From assembly GCA_018710905.1 (NCBI GenBank), contig DVIZ01000074.1, forward strand, positions 3,142-67,141: a stretch of DNA of 64,000 nt, written 5' to 3'. Below the pieces are notes generated by a model. It was not told the DNA's origin and searched no databases. It saw only the letters and a list, made by a program, of their open reading frames with translations. Position 1 is the first letter of the stretch, and every line of letters begins with the position of its first letter. The stretch comes from Candidatus Scybalomonas excrementigallinarum (GTDB taxonomy: Bacteria > Bacillota > Clostridia > Lachnospirales > Lachnospiraceae). The position numbers were made by a program, and so were the translations under genes. Shown here piece by piece: positions 29,459-38,028 of the stretch.

Positions 29459-29560
29459 GGCCTCTCCTCTCATTCTTCCATTCCTCTTTTTTGTATTTTG
29501 CACTTTTAAATATAATATATTTCTATTATTAAACATAGATTTTTCTTATATCAAAATGAA

Positions 29561-29634
29561 AACAAAGTGTACGTTGCACACTTACCACGACTTTAGGTTA
29601 CTTCTAGCAACGTACATTTTGCTGCGCTTAGCGC
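29561..29634. repeat. GC-rich repeat, copy A (within the metN leader region)
   Basis: About 76% ungapped identity by hand count (about 51/67) to 58791..58864. An internal inverted repeat pairs AAAGTGTACGTTGC with GCAACGTACATTTT. Confidence 0.6.
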
Positions 29635-29694
29635 TTTTTATCTCATAAGAACCATACCTCTATCATCTGAAAATGACACAATTTCTTATGATAT

Positions 29695-29723
29695 AAAAAA
29701 TCACAGATCGTTATCATCTGTGA
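29695..29723 (-). terminator. intrinsic terminator after sbcC
   Basis: Stem TCACAGAT / ATCTGTGA with a U-tract on the minus strand. Confidence 0.75.
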
Positions 29724-29795
29724 TTTTCAGTTTTCTTTTATCTTTTCCTATTATATTCGATATTGTATCTCTAATTCTGAATATTGTCAACACTT

Positions 29796-32522
29796 TTATT
29801 CCATTAAAATATGACTTCCATTTTGTTTTTTTATAATTTCAACTTTCTTATTAATTCTTTCTTTTAATTCTGGCACATGAGAGATAATTCCAATTAAACG
29901 ATTTCCATTTGCCAATTCCAAAAGGCACTGAATTGCTTGATTTAATGACTCTTCATCAAGAGATCCAAACCCTTCATCTACAAATAACACTTCTACCTCA
30001 ATTCCACCAGCAAAATTTTGAATCATTTCCGAAAGACCAAGTGCTAGAGAAAGTGCTGCTTTAAAAGATTCTCCCCCCGATAATGTTTTTACAGAACGCT
30101 TCCTTCCTGTATAGTGATCGAGCACCTCCATATCCAAACTATTTTTTCCTCTTCCATCTAACACCTTTTCTACTCTAGAAAGCTCATAGCGCCCATTGCT
30201 CATCTTATAAAATCTTTGATTGGCCGCATTTAAAATCATATCAAAATAAGTGCTTAACACATATTGTTCGAGTTTTAAACGCTCTGTATTATTTCCATTA
30301 AACAATTGGTCAAGCCGTGCTACCACCCCATATTTTTTTGTTAATTGTTCATATTTTTTATATTTTTCTTTTAACGATTTTACTGTGGTTTCATAAGTAT
30401 AAATCGAAATGGAATACTCTTGTTTCTCTTTCTCTATTTGCTTGATCTTTTGTTGTTCCTCTTCTAATAAGCCATTGATTTTCTCCATCTTTCCTTCTTC
30501 ATATACCACGGATAACTGGCTTTGTTTATCCTTTAATAGTTCCTCTTTTTGAGAAACAGCAATTCGATTTTTCTCCACTTTTTCTTGAATTTCTTGGCAA
30601 GAGCGTTCAAAATTCTCTACTTCTTTTATCATGATTTGCAGATCTGTTTGAATTTCTTCTTTCGTTCTCACACAGTCTCCAAGTTTTTTTTGCAATTGTT
30701 GCTCCATCCCATTGCATTGTTCATAAACACTTAACAGCTGTTGTTGCTCTTCTTGTGCACTTTGTAACTTTTCTTTTTCTTCCTTTTCTTCTTTTTCTAA
30801 CTGTTGTATTCCTTGCTTTAACAATTCATATTCTTTTACTTCTTCCTGCCATTTTGCTTGTTTTTGTTGGAATACTTGCTTCTTTTCTTCTAAAAATGGT
30901 TCTATTTGTTCAAAAGAAATTTTATAGTTCTCTTCCCACTGTTTTACCTGTTGTGCAAGCAAATCTCTCTTTGCCACATAATTTCCTTGTACTTCTTTTC
31001 CTTTTCCAAAAATATCGGTAGCCTTTTTTTCACATTCTTCCGCTCGCTTTTTTAACTGCATTCGCTCTGTTTCACTTAGAGGTTCTCCTGTTAAAACCGC
31101 TTTCTTTGGATGAGACGTGGAGCCACACAGAGGACATGGCTCTCCTTCTTTTAAAGAGAACGCTTCCATACCAAGAAAATTATGGCGATAAAATTGTTCT
31201 TCTTGTTCATAGCGTTGTCTTGCCTTTTTTGCCTCTTCTTCCGCTTCTTTATACTGCTTTCCCTTCTCTTGTAACGCTTCGGAAAGTTCTTTTTTTTCAG
31301 ACTGCAACTGTAAAATCTGCGTTCTTTTTTGTATGACCTCTTCTAACTCTTTTTTCTGAGCCTCTAATTCCTTTTCTTTTGTAGCAAGGCTGGCCCCTTC
31401 TAACAACGCTTTTTGCGCTTTCTTTAAAGTTTCTTCTCGCTCCTTTTGTTTTTTTTGGTATTCCAAAACAATGGCTTCTTTTTCTCTTACTTGCAAGAAA
31501 CATTGTTCCTTTTTCGCTACAATTGTTTCTCGTTCTAATAGTGTCTCTAACAATTCTTTTTGCCTTGGAATGATCTGCCGTTTTTCTTCTATTTCTTTTG
31601 TCTTTGTAAGAAGTTCCCTTTGCTTTACAAGAACTGTTTGTAACCCCATTTCCATCTGCTCTTTTTGTAATTTTAAAATCTCTATTTCTTCTTGTAACTG
31701 TTTTCTTCTTTTTTCCTCCTCCCACTGTCTCCAGAGCACTTGATACGACTTTTGCTTCTCTTCTAATTCTTTTTCCAATCGGACGGCCTGTTTTTTCTCT
31801 TCTAGTAGCAGCTCTTCTAACCGTTCTAAAAGTTCTTGATAACGTCGTTCTTTTACAAGCACTTGTATTGTTTCTTCGAAAATCCCACCACACAATTCTT
31901 CTATGCGAGAGATCGTATCCTTCATCTCGCCACTTAATTTTCTTGCCTGTTCGGATGCCTTTTTTTGTAATTCCTCATAAATATGGGTTTTAAAAATATT
32001 TCTCAACACTTGGGTTCGTTCATTTCCATCGGCTACAAGCAGTTTTAAAAACTCTCCTTGTGCAATCATAGAAATTTGCTTAAACTGTTGATAGTTGAGA
32101 CTTAAAATTTCTTCTATTTTCTGATTTACCTTTGTGACACCAGTCATCACTTTATCTTCTTCTTTTATCCACAAAGACACTTCTTCTGGTTGCAGTTTTG
32201 TTCCTTCTCCTCTCTTTTTCTTTCTTTCATAACGAGGAGTTCTCTGTACTTCATATTCTTTTCCTTTATGGCAAAAAACTAATTTTACATAAGTTTCTTG
32301 ATCGTCTGTTGCAAAATCACTTCGTAAAGCATCTTTTAGACGAACCATTCCACTGACTTCCCCATACAGTGCATAAGTAATCCCATCAAAAATTGTAGTT
32401 TTTCCCGCTCCTGTAGGACCAGTAATTAAAAATAAATTCTCTTCCTCTAATTTGTCAAAAGAAACTTTTTCTTTTCCAGCATAAGGCCCCCAAGCGGATA
32501 GCTCCAAATACAATGGTCTCAT
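29796..32522 (-). CDS. sbcC: exonuclease SbcC (Rad50-like SMC ATPase)
   Basis: Walker A GPTGAGKTT, a long Glu/Lys/Gln coiled coil, zinc hook CPLCGS, signature LSGGE and Walker B LFVDEGFGSLD. Confidence 0.9.
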   Translation of the reverse strand: MRPLYLELSAWGPYAGKEKVSFDKLEEENLFLITGPTGAGKTTIFDGITYALYGEVSGMVRLKDALRSDFATDDQETYVKLVFCHKGKEYEVQRTPRYERKKKRGEGTKLQPEEVSLWIKEEDKVMTGVTKVNQKIEEILSLNYQQFKQISMIAQGEFLKLLVADGNERTQVLRNIFKTHIYEELQKKASEQARKLSGEMKDTISRIEELCGGIFEETIQVLVKERRYQELLERLEELLLEEKKQAVRLEKELEEKQKSYQVLWRQWEEEKRRKQLQEEIEILKLQKEQMEMGLQTVLVKQRELLTKTKEIEEKRQIIPRQKELLETLLERETIVAKKEQCFLQVREKEAIVLEYQKKQKEREETLKKAQKALLEGASLATKEKELEAQKKELEEVIQKRTQILQLQSEKKELSEALQEKGKQYKEAEEEAKKARQRYEQEEQFYRHNFLGMEAFSLKEGEPCPLCGSTSHPKKAVLTGEPLSETERMQLKKRAEECEKKATDIFGKGKEVQGNYVAKRDLLAQQVKQWEENYKISFEQIEPFLEEKKQVFQQKQAKWQEEVKEYELLKQGIQQLEKEEKEEKEKLQSAQEEQQQLLSVYEQCNGMEQQLQKKLGDCVRTKEEIQTDLQIMIKEVENFERSCQEIQEKVEKNRIAVSQKEELLKDKQSQLSVVYEEGKMEKINGLLEEEQQKIKQIEKEKQEYSISIYTYETTVKSLKEKYKKYEQLTKKYGVVARLDQLFNGNNTERLKLEQYVLSTYFDMILNAANQRFYKMSNGRYELSRVEKVLDGRGKNSLDMEVLDHYTGRKRSVKTLSGGESFKAALSLALGLSEMIQNFAGGIEVEVLFVDEGFGSLDEESLNQAIQCLLELANGNRLIGIISHVPELKERINKKVEIIKKQNGSHILME

Positions 32523-33685
32523 CTTTTATCCACCTCCTTTTCCAACAATTCTTCAATCCATTGTTCTATAACCTCTTCATATTCTATTTTTGGCTCTTCT
32601 CCTAACACTCGACCAAAAAAATCTTTTGTAAGTTCCAAAGGAGACTTCTCTTGTACGGACTCTACCGTCTGCTCCATAAGAAGCTCCCTTCTTTTTTCCC
32701 TCTTAAACGTCAACTGCATCACATTTGGATAGACGGCTCGCACCCTAGAAATCGCATCAAAAATTTCCTCTTCATCGGTTAAGACAACCCCTAAATAATC
32801 TTCTTTATTTTCTAAAGAGACAACCTCTTCCTTTAACAGTTCTTCTAACTTTCCTTCAATTCTTCTCAGATCCCTTAAAGGGGTTAATGGCACTAACTTC
32901 CAATCCACTTGCCCCTTTTCTTTCATTTCAAAGACAACGACCGATTTTTTATGAAATTCTTCTGAAAAGGAATACTTAATCGGAGAACCTGAATATCTTA
33001 CGGTTTCTCTTCCAACTTTTTGTGCCTGATGTAAATGTCCAAGTGCCACATAATCAAAATCATCAAACAAACGATAATTTACTTGTTCAATTCCACCAAC
33101 AGAAATCCTTTGCTCGGAATCGGAACAAACAATGCTTTCTTCTTCTCCACCATTGATTACAAAGTGATGGGTCAGCAATAGATTTCTTTCCTCTTTTTTT
33201 AATTGCATTTTCTCTAATAAACATTGAACTGCCGAATTATAATCTCTTAAATCCATATCTTTTCCAATGGTTTTTAATTCTGCTGGTCGAAAGAAAGGAA
33301 GAAACCAAACCAAAAGAGAGCCATAACAATCATGAAAAATTGCTGGCTCTTTACTCTGCTCGATATTTCCTATCACATATACTTCTTGTTTTTTTAGCAA
33401 TTCTTTTCCAAAGGAGAGACGTTCTCCTGAATCGTGGTTTCCTGAAATAATACAAACCTTTCTTTCCTTTTTTGTTGTTTCTGTCAAAAACCAATCAAAT
33501 AGTTCCACCGCTTCTGCGGAAGGAACAGAGCGGTCATAGACATCCCCAGCAATGAGCAATGTCTCCACCTGTTCTTCCTCCATAATAGTAAGCATTTGCC
33601 CCAATATATACTTTTGATCTTCTAGCATGGAACATTCATTGACCGTCTTTCCAATATGTAAATCGCCGATATGCATAAACTTCAT
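32519..33685 (-). CDS. sbcD: exonuclease SbcD (Mre11-like nuclease)
   Basis: Phosphoesterase motifs DLHIG, GDVYD, GNHD and GHLH. ATG at 33685 lies 5 nt after GGAGG. Confidence 0.9.
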   Translation of the reverse strand: MKFMHIGDLHIGKTVNECSMLEDQKYILGQMLTIMEEEQVETLLIAGDVYDRSVPSAEAVELFDWFLTETTKKERKVCIISGNHDSGERLSFGKELLKKQEVYVIGNIEQSKEPAIFHDCYGSLLVWFLPFFRPAELKTIGKDMDLRDYNSAVQCLLEKMQLKKEERNLLLTHHFVINGGEEESIVCSDSEQRISVGGIEQVNYRLFDDFDYVALGHLHQAQKVGRETVRYSGSPIKYSFSEEFHKKSVVVFEMKEKGQVDWKLVPLTPLRDLRRIEGKLEELLKEEVVSLENKEDYLGVVLTDEEEIFDAISRVRAVYPNVMQLTFKREKRRELLMEQTVESVQEKSPLELTKDFFGRVLGEEPKIEYEEVIEQWIEELLEKEVDKR

Positions 33686-33699
33686 AAGTACCTCCAAAG

Positions 33700-34698
33700 C
33701 TAGAGTAATTTTTTCACACCATCTTTTATTAAAATCGAAATACTTCCATCTTCATATTGATGATATTCAAAAATACTTTCATCCTTTAAATAATCAATCG
33801 GAACTAAAATTTCAATTCCATTATTGGTTACAATTTTTTGTTTCTTTAACAACTTTTTCTCCATTTTTTCACTCACTTCAATGGATTTTACTGGAACCGC
33901 TTTTTCCTCTATCTTCTCTGTACAAAGAGCAATTGCCTTTTCATCTTCTCCAAAGATCTCTTTTTGTACTTCTTCGATATTGAGTTCCCCTGTTTTTGTC
34001 ACGGTTTCTGCCACCGCTTTTTTGTAGTCCATAATTTTTTGTGGCGCTTCTTCTTCATAAATCTCTTGAATCGTATCGACAACGGCCTCTTGATATACCT
34101 TTACCATCTCTTCTTCTGAGTGTTGCAGTGATAACTGTAAAATTAACTCCGCTAAATAATTGCTTTTTTCATTTTCCACATAATGTTTCGCATTGGATAT
34201 TTGAACCGTTCGATCTTGTAAGTCAATAAAGAAAAGTTCTGTAATTTTTTGTCCTATAGTCGGAATTACTTTTGTGTTCAAAACCCATTTTTCCTGTCCA
34301 TTGTTGTCGATCATATCCACAAACTTATTTTGATAGTTTAATTTAAAAAAGCAAATATAATCACGATCTTCACAAAATGCCCATAAGAACACACCATTTC
34401 CCATTGGAATATCTGTGCTTTTTTCTTGAATTAATGTATGAATTTCATCTGCAATCTGATTGGCAAATGGCTCAAACTGTTCTTCATTCTCTGGAAACAA
34501 TTGCATTAATACAGAATCTTCATCGATTACCGATTTTCTAAGAGCAGTGCTGTTTAAATTTTTTAAAATCAACTGTGTCATATACTGTTGCTGCTCATCC
34601 CCATCTCCAATCACTTGTTCTGTCAAATTGGCAAATGGCATTTCCATATCAAAAATACAAGTGTAACATTTTTTTATTACGATTTCTTCCTGTGTCAT
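33700..34698 (-). CDS. nucleoid-associated protein-like (NA37/NdpA-type), tentative
   Basis: About 330 aa. The N-terminal pattern (I.KCY.CIFD....P...L..) resembles the NA37 family. This assignment is from memory only. ATG follows AAGAGGTG. Confidence 0.4.
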   Translation of the reverse strand: MTQEEIVIKKCYTCIFDMEMPFANLTEQVIGDGDEQQQYMTQLILKNLNSTALRKSVIDEDSVLMQLFPENEEQFEPFANQIADEIHTLIQEKSTDIPMGNGVFLWAFCEDRDYICFFKLNYQNKFVDMIDNNGQEKWVLNTKVIPTIGQKITELFFIDLQDRTVQISNAKHYVENEKSNYLAELILQLSLQHSEEEMVKVYQEAVVDTIQEIYEEEAPQKIMDYKKAVAETVTKTGELNIEEVQKEIFGEDEKAIALCTEKIEEKAVPVKSIEVSEKMEKKLLKKQKIVTNNGIEILVPIDYLKDESIFEYHQYEDGSISILIKDGVKKLL

Positions 34699-34735
34699 CG
34701 TTTCACCTCTTATCTCTTTATGTACAAGCACATTT

Positions 34736-35404
34736 CTACTGATTTTCTTTCTCTAAGATTTTCAATGCTTCTAAAGGTGTGTCAATGATATATTCTGGAT
34801 GAAATTTCTCCAATTCTTCTTTCGGACGAAATCCCCATGTGACACCAACGGTTGTAAATCCAGCGTTTTTCCCTGTCTGCATATCGGTGTTCGTATCTCC
34901 CAAATAGAGTACCTCTTCTGGTAAAACATCTCCCAGTTCTTCTAACAATAAATAAGCACCTGTTTTATCAGGTTTTACAGGAATTCCTTCCACTTGTCCT
35001 CTCACACCATCAAACAAAGGAAGTATGTTCGTAGCCTCTAAGCAATCCAACGCCTGTTGATGGGGTTTATTGGAAAAACAAGCAATCTTAATTCCTCTTT
35101 CTTTTAACTGACTTAATAATTCTTTAATTCCATCATAAGTCTTTAAATAGCAAGTGCAATGGTCTTTAAAAAACTCCATATAATCGTTACAATAGGATTC
35201 ATAATGTTTTAATTCCTGATCTCCTACATAAAGAAGTGCTCTTTTTGCTTGCTCTTTATAGCCATCTCCTGCAAAATATTGATACTGTTTTGCCTCAACC
35301 GCTGGGTATCCATATTTTTCCAATATTGTATTTCCACAATAGGCAAGTGTCTCCACAGTATCTAATAATGTTCCATCTAAATCAAATATACAACAACGTA
35401 TCAT
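34736..35404 (-). CDS. HAD-superfamily hydrolase (phosphoglycolate phosphatase-like)
   Basis: Motif I FDLDGTLLDT, motif II S/T (FSNK), and motifs III/IV K...GDTNTD. Confidence 0.8.
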   Translation of the reverse strand: MIRCCIFDLDGTLLDTVETLAYCGNTILEKYGYPAVEAKQYQYFAGDGYKEQAKRALLYVGDQELKHYESYCNDYMEFFKDHCTCYLKTYDGIKELLSQLKERGIKIACFSNKPHQQALDCLEATNILPLFDGVRGQVEGIPVKPDKTGAYLLLEELGDVLPEEVLYLGDTNTDMQTGKNAGFTTVGVTWGFRPKEELEKFHPEYIIDTPLEALKILEKENQ

Positions 35405-35427
35405 TGTTTTTCTCCTTTTGTATGTTT

Positions 35428-36135
35428 TTATAATAATGTTAACTGTTGAATGGAGGAATTTAACAAGATTCCCTTTTCCTTCAACCAGTTTCTATGTTCT
35501 TTATAATCTGGATCGTACTGTTTAACCAATTTCCAAAAAGCAGAGGAATGGTTCATCTCTTTTAAATGGCATAATTCATGAATGACGACATAATCAAGAA
35601 CTTCTAACGGTGCCATAACTAGCTTCCAGTTGAAATTTAAATTTCCTTTGCTGCTTGCACTTCCCCATCTCGTTTTTTGCTCTTTTATGCGAATCTGATT
35701 GACCAAAACACCGATTTGCTCTTGATAGAGCGCAACTCGATCGACAATAATTTTTTTTGCTTCCATTCGATACCATTGTTCTAGCATCATTTTCATTTCT
35801 TTTTCTTCAAAAGACGGTACCATAATATAGATCTTTTCTCCATAAAGCCCTACCGAAGGTTTTAAAAACTCTGGTTCCAATACGACGTCCACTTGATAAA
35901 GTTGTCCAAGATAAAATAAACGCTCTTTTAAAAATGCCAGATCTCCTGCCATCTGTTCTTTTGCCTTTTTTATCTCGATTTTCTTTTTTTCAACCCAATT
36001 CTCTTTTGTCTTTAAGACTTTCTTAATCTCTCGTTCGCTCACATAAGATGGTGCCATAACGATGACTGCACCTTCTGTTGTAATTTTAATACCAATTGTT
36101 TTTCTCTTTGTTCTTTTCAGCTCGTATGCAAACAT
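35428..36135 (-). CDS. M48-family/YgjP-like (DUF45) metal-dependent hydrolase
   Basis: HELCHL zinc motif near the C-terminus, with typical length. Confidence 0.7.
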   Translation of the reverse strand: MFAYELKRTKRKTIGIKITTEGAVIVMAPSYVSEREIKKVLKTKENWVEKKKIEIKKAKEQMAGDLAFLKERLFYLGQLYQVDVVLEPEFLKPSVGLYGEKIYIMVPSFEEKEMKMMLEQWYRMEAKKIIVDRVALYQEQIGVLVNQIRIKEQKTRWGSASSKGNLNFNWKLVMAPLEVLDYVVIHELCHLKEMNHSSAFWKLVKQYDPDYKEHRNWLKEKGILLNSSIQQLTLL

Positions 36136-36181
36136 CTACTCTTATCCCTCTCACTTTGATTTTATTCTTTCTACCTATCTT

Positions 36182-36655
36182 TTATCTTCGAAAGAAGTTA
36201 GAAATCAATTTGAATATAACGACAATAACAACAATTGGCAGCACAACATTCCATAAAACGGAAAATGCGACTCCAAGAATTCCTAAGACGATGAGCACAA
36301 AAACAATTCCAACTAAAATCATTCCTAATTTTTCATACCATTTTATTGGAATATCCTTATGATACCATTGTCTTCGTACTTTCTGAGAAGGATCTTCTTC
36401 TTTGAATTCTCTCCCCTCTTGATAGACAAAATCATCGGCATTGTCTCTCGTTTGATTTCCTTTTACATCAATGATCGTCTTTGCAAGAAGGCGCGGATTT
36501 CCTAACTGCTCTATAATCTCTTCTTCTGCCTGTCCGCTTGCAATTGCCTCATCAATATAGTCTGAATAATATTGTATGGAATTTGTGTATTCCTGATCAC
36601 TCACCTCATGATAAAGGCTTTCCCTCAGCTCTTTCATAAATTCCTGTTTTTTCAT
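36182..36655 (-). CDS. DUF1700-like membrane protein
   Basis: The N-terminus FMKELRE.L......EY...I.YY.DYI.EA...G..EEEII..LG.P..LA..I is followed by C-terminal TM helices. Confidence 0.55.
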   Translation of the reverse strand: MKKQEFMKELRESLYHEVSDQEYTNSIQYYSDYIDEAIASGQAEEEIIEQLGNPRLLAKTIIDVKGNQTRDNADDFVYQEGREFKEEDPSQKVRRQWYHKDIPIKWYEKLGMILVGIVFVLIVLGILGVAFSVLWNVVLPIVVIVVIFKLISNFFRR

Positions 36656-36691
36656 TCTTTTCCTCTTTTCCTAATGTAATTTTTTCTTTTT

Positions 36692-37780
36692 CTACGACTG
36701 GTACTCTAATGTCATCTCTAATACAAGACAAGGGCTTTCCCCGATATTTTTCCATTTCACACTTTTGACAGAATCATATTGAAGAACAAAATTATAGGAA
36801 TATTCTTGGGCATTTTCTCCTGTTAATAATAACTGTAATTTCTTTTCTTTCTTTTTAATTCCGTCTATAATTCGTTCCTTTGTATGGCTATAACTACTAC
36901 AAAGATCTCCTTTTTTCTCATAATAATTTTCTTCATAGCTATCCGCCTTCTCGTACAGCTTTGAATTCCAAGTATGCGTCTTTCCAATTAACTGATCGGG
37001 TACATTAAAATAGTTATATAACACTCTTCCCTCTTCATCGGGAACAGGATCGTCCCATGTAGCATCCACATGATACCAGTTACCATCTAATTTTACTAAA
37101 TTCCATGAATGTTCTACATCTGCTTTTCCAAGAATGATCTTTGATTCCACACCTGCTAATGACAATAATAATTGCATGGATTCTGAATAAGAACTACAAA
37201 CCCCTTTTCCTTCTAATAAAATTCCTTTTGCATTATAGCTATCTTCTTTTTTACTTCCTGTTAAAAAGCCATATTCTCCTTGTTTTATCACATAATCATG
37301 AATTGCTTTTTCTTTCTCAAAATCATTCATATCAGGTGTAATAATTTCTTTTAAAACAGCTTCTACCTTTTCTGCTAACTGCAGTGCCCTATCGGGCATT
37401 TCTTTCACTTCATTTCCTCTTAAATATTGATAAGCATAATAATTATCAGAAAGTTCAATATTCAGTCTCGTCTGATACAAACCATTTTTTGGCCATTTCG
37501 CAATATAATAAGAGTTTACATATCCATAATATCCATCTAAGTTGGCATTGATCGTTTCTAGTTCTTCCACTCCAATTCCATCTAAATAAACATTTAACTC
37601 TTCTTTTCCCTGTTCTAATGTTTTAAGTACCCTCTCCTCTAATTGTGTCATAGATGAAATTGTATTTTCTTTTGTGGCAGTTTCCCCGCCTAATAATTGC
37701 AACCGTTCCTTAATATTCGGATAATAAATGATTCCTACTAGTAACAAAATTGCAAGCAACAATACATTTCTTTTCTTCAC
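36692..37780 (-). CDS. transglutaminase-like cysteine protease domain protein (secreted or anchored)
   Basis: N-terminal hydrophobic anchor plus a Cys-His-Asp core (GVCSSYS...HSWN...HVDATWDD). Confidence 0.75.
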   Translation of the reverse strand: MKKRNVLLLAILLLVGIIYYPNIKERLQLLGGETATKENTISSMTQLEERVLKTLEQGKEELNVYLDGIGVEELETINANLDGYYGYVNSYYIAKWPKNGLYQTRLNIELSDNYYAYQYLRGNEVKEMPDRALQLAEKVEAVLKEIITPDMNDFEKEKAIHDYVIKQGEYGFLTGSKKEDSYNAKGILLEGKGVCSSYSESMQLLLSLAGVESKIILGKADVEHSWNLVKLDGNWYHVDATWDDPVPDEEGRVLYNYFNVPDQLIGKTHTWNSKLYEKADSYEENYYEKKGDLCSSYSHTKERIIDGIKKKEKKLQLLLTGENAQEYSYNFVLQYDSVKSVKWKNIGESPCLVLEMTLEYQS

Positions 37781-37967
37781 AAACTTTTTGCCTACTACTC
37801 AAACCTTCGTATGTTTAGCTGCTATTTTGAATATTTCGTCGAGTAGCTTCTCCTTTCTTACTCATATTCTTATTAATTTTATCATCAAAAAAAAGCTCAG
37901 TCAAACAAAACACACTGACCAAAACTGACAAAGTGTTTTTCAGATTCTAAAAAACTCTTTTCCATAT

Positions 37968-38026
37968 AAAAGATAGCCATTATAATTCTCCTCTCTCTTT
38001 CAAGATTTGAATTACAATGGCTATTT
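37968..38026 (-). terminator. intrinsic terminator after the ABC exporter operon
   Basis: 14-bp stem ATAGCCATTATAAT / ATTACAATGGCTAT. Confidence 0.65.
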
Positions 38027-38028
38027 TT

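Noticed and set aside
29540-29655. Possible SAM-I riboswitch (TCTTAT...ATAAGA resembling the P1 helix) or Met T-box (GUCGUGGUAAG) in the metN leader
   Set aside because: None of the conserved SAM-I core blocks are present. The T-box-like string is not conserved in the homologous repeat copy at 58.8 kb, so the similarity belongs to a repeat element rather than a riboswitch.
31297-31893. 198-aa Arg/Lys-rich ORF in another frame of sbcC
   Set aside because: It is a frame-shifted reading of the GAA/AAG-rich coiled-coil region. The extreme basic composition is a frame artefact and there are no start signals.
29796-33685. SbcC/SbcD as a possible SMC-type defence system (Lamassu-, Wadjet- or Gabija-like)
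   Set aside because: The pair is a canonical Mre11/Rad50-type arrangement with phosphoesterase motifs, a zinc hook and 4-nt overlap. There are no kleisin, Toprim or effector partners. It is consistent with housekeeping SbcCD.
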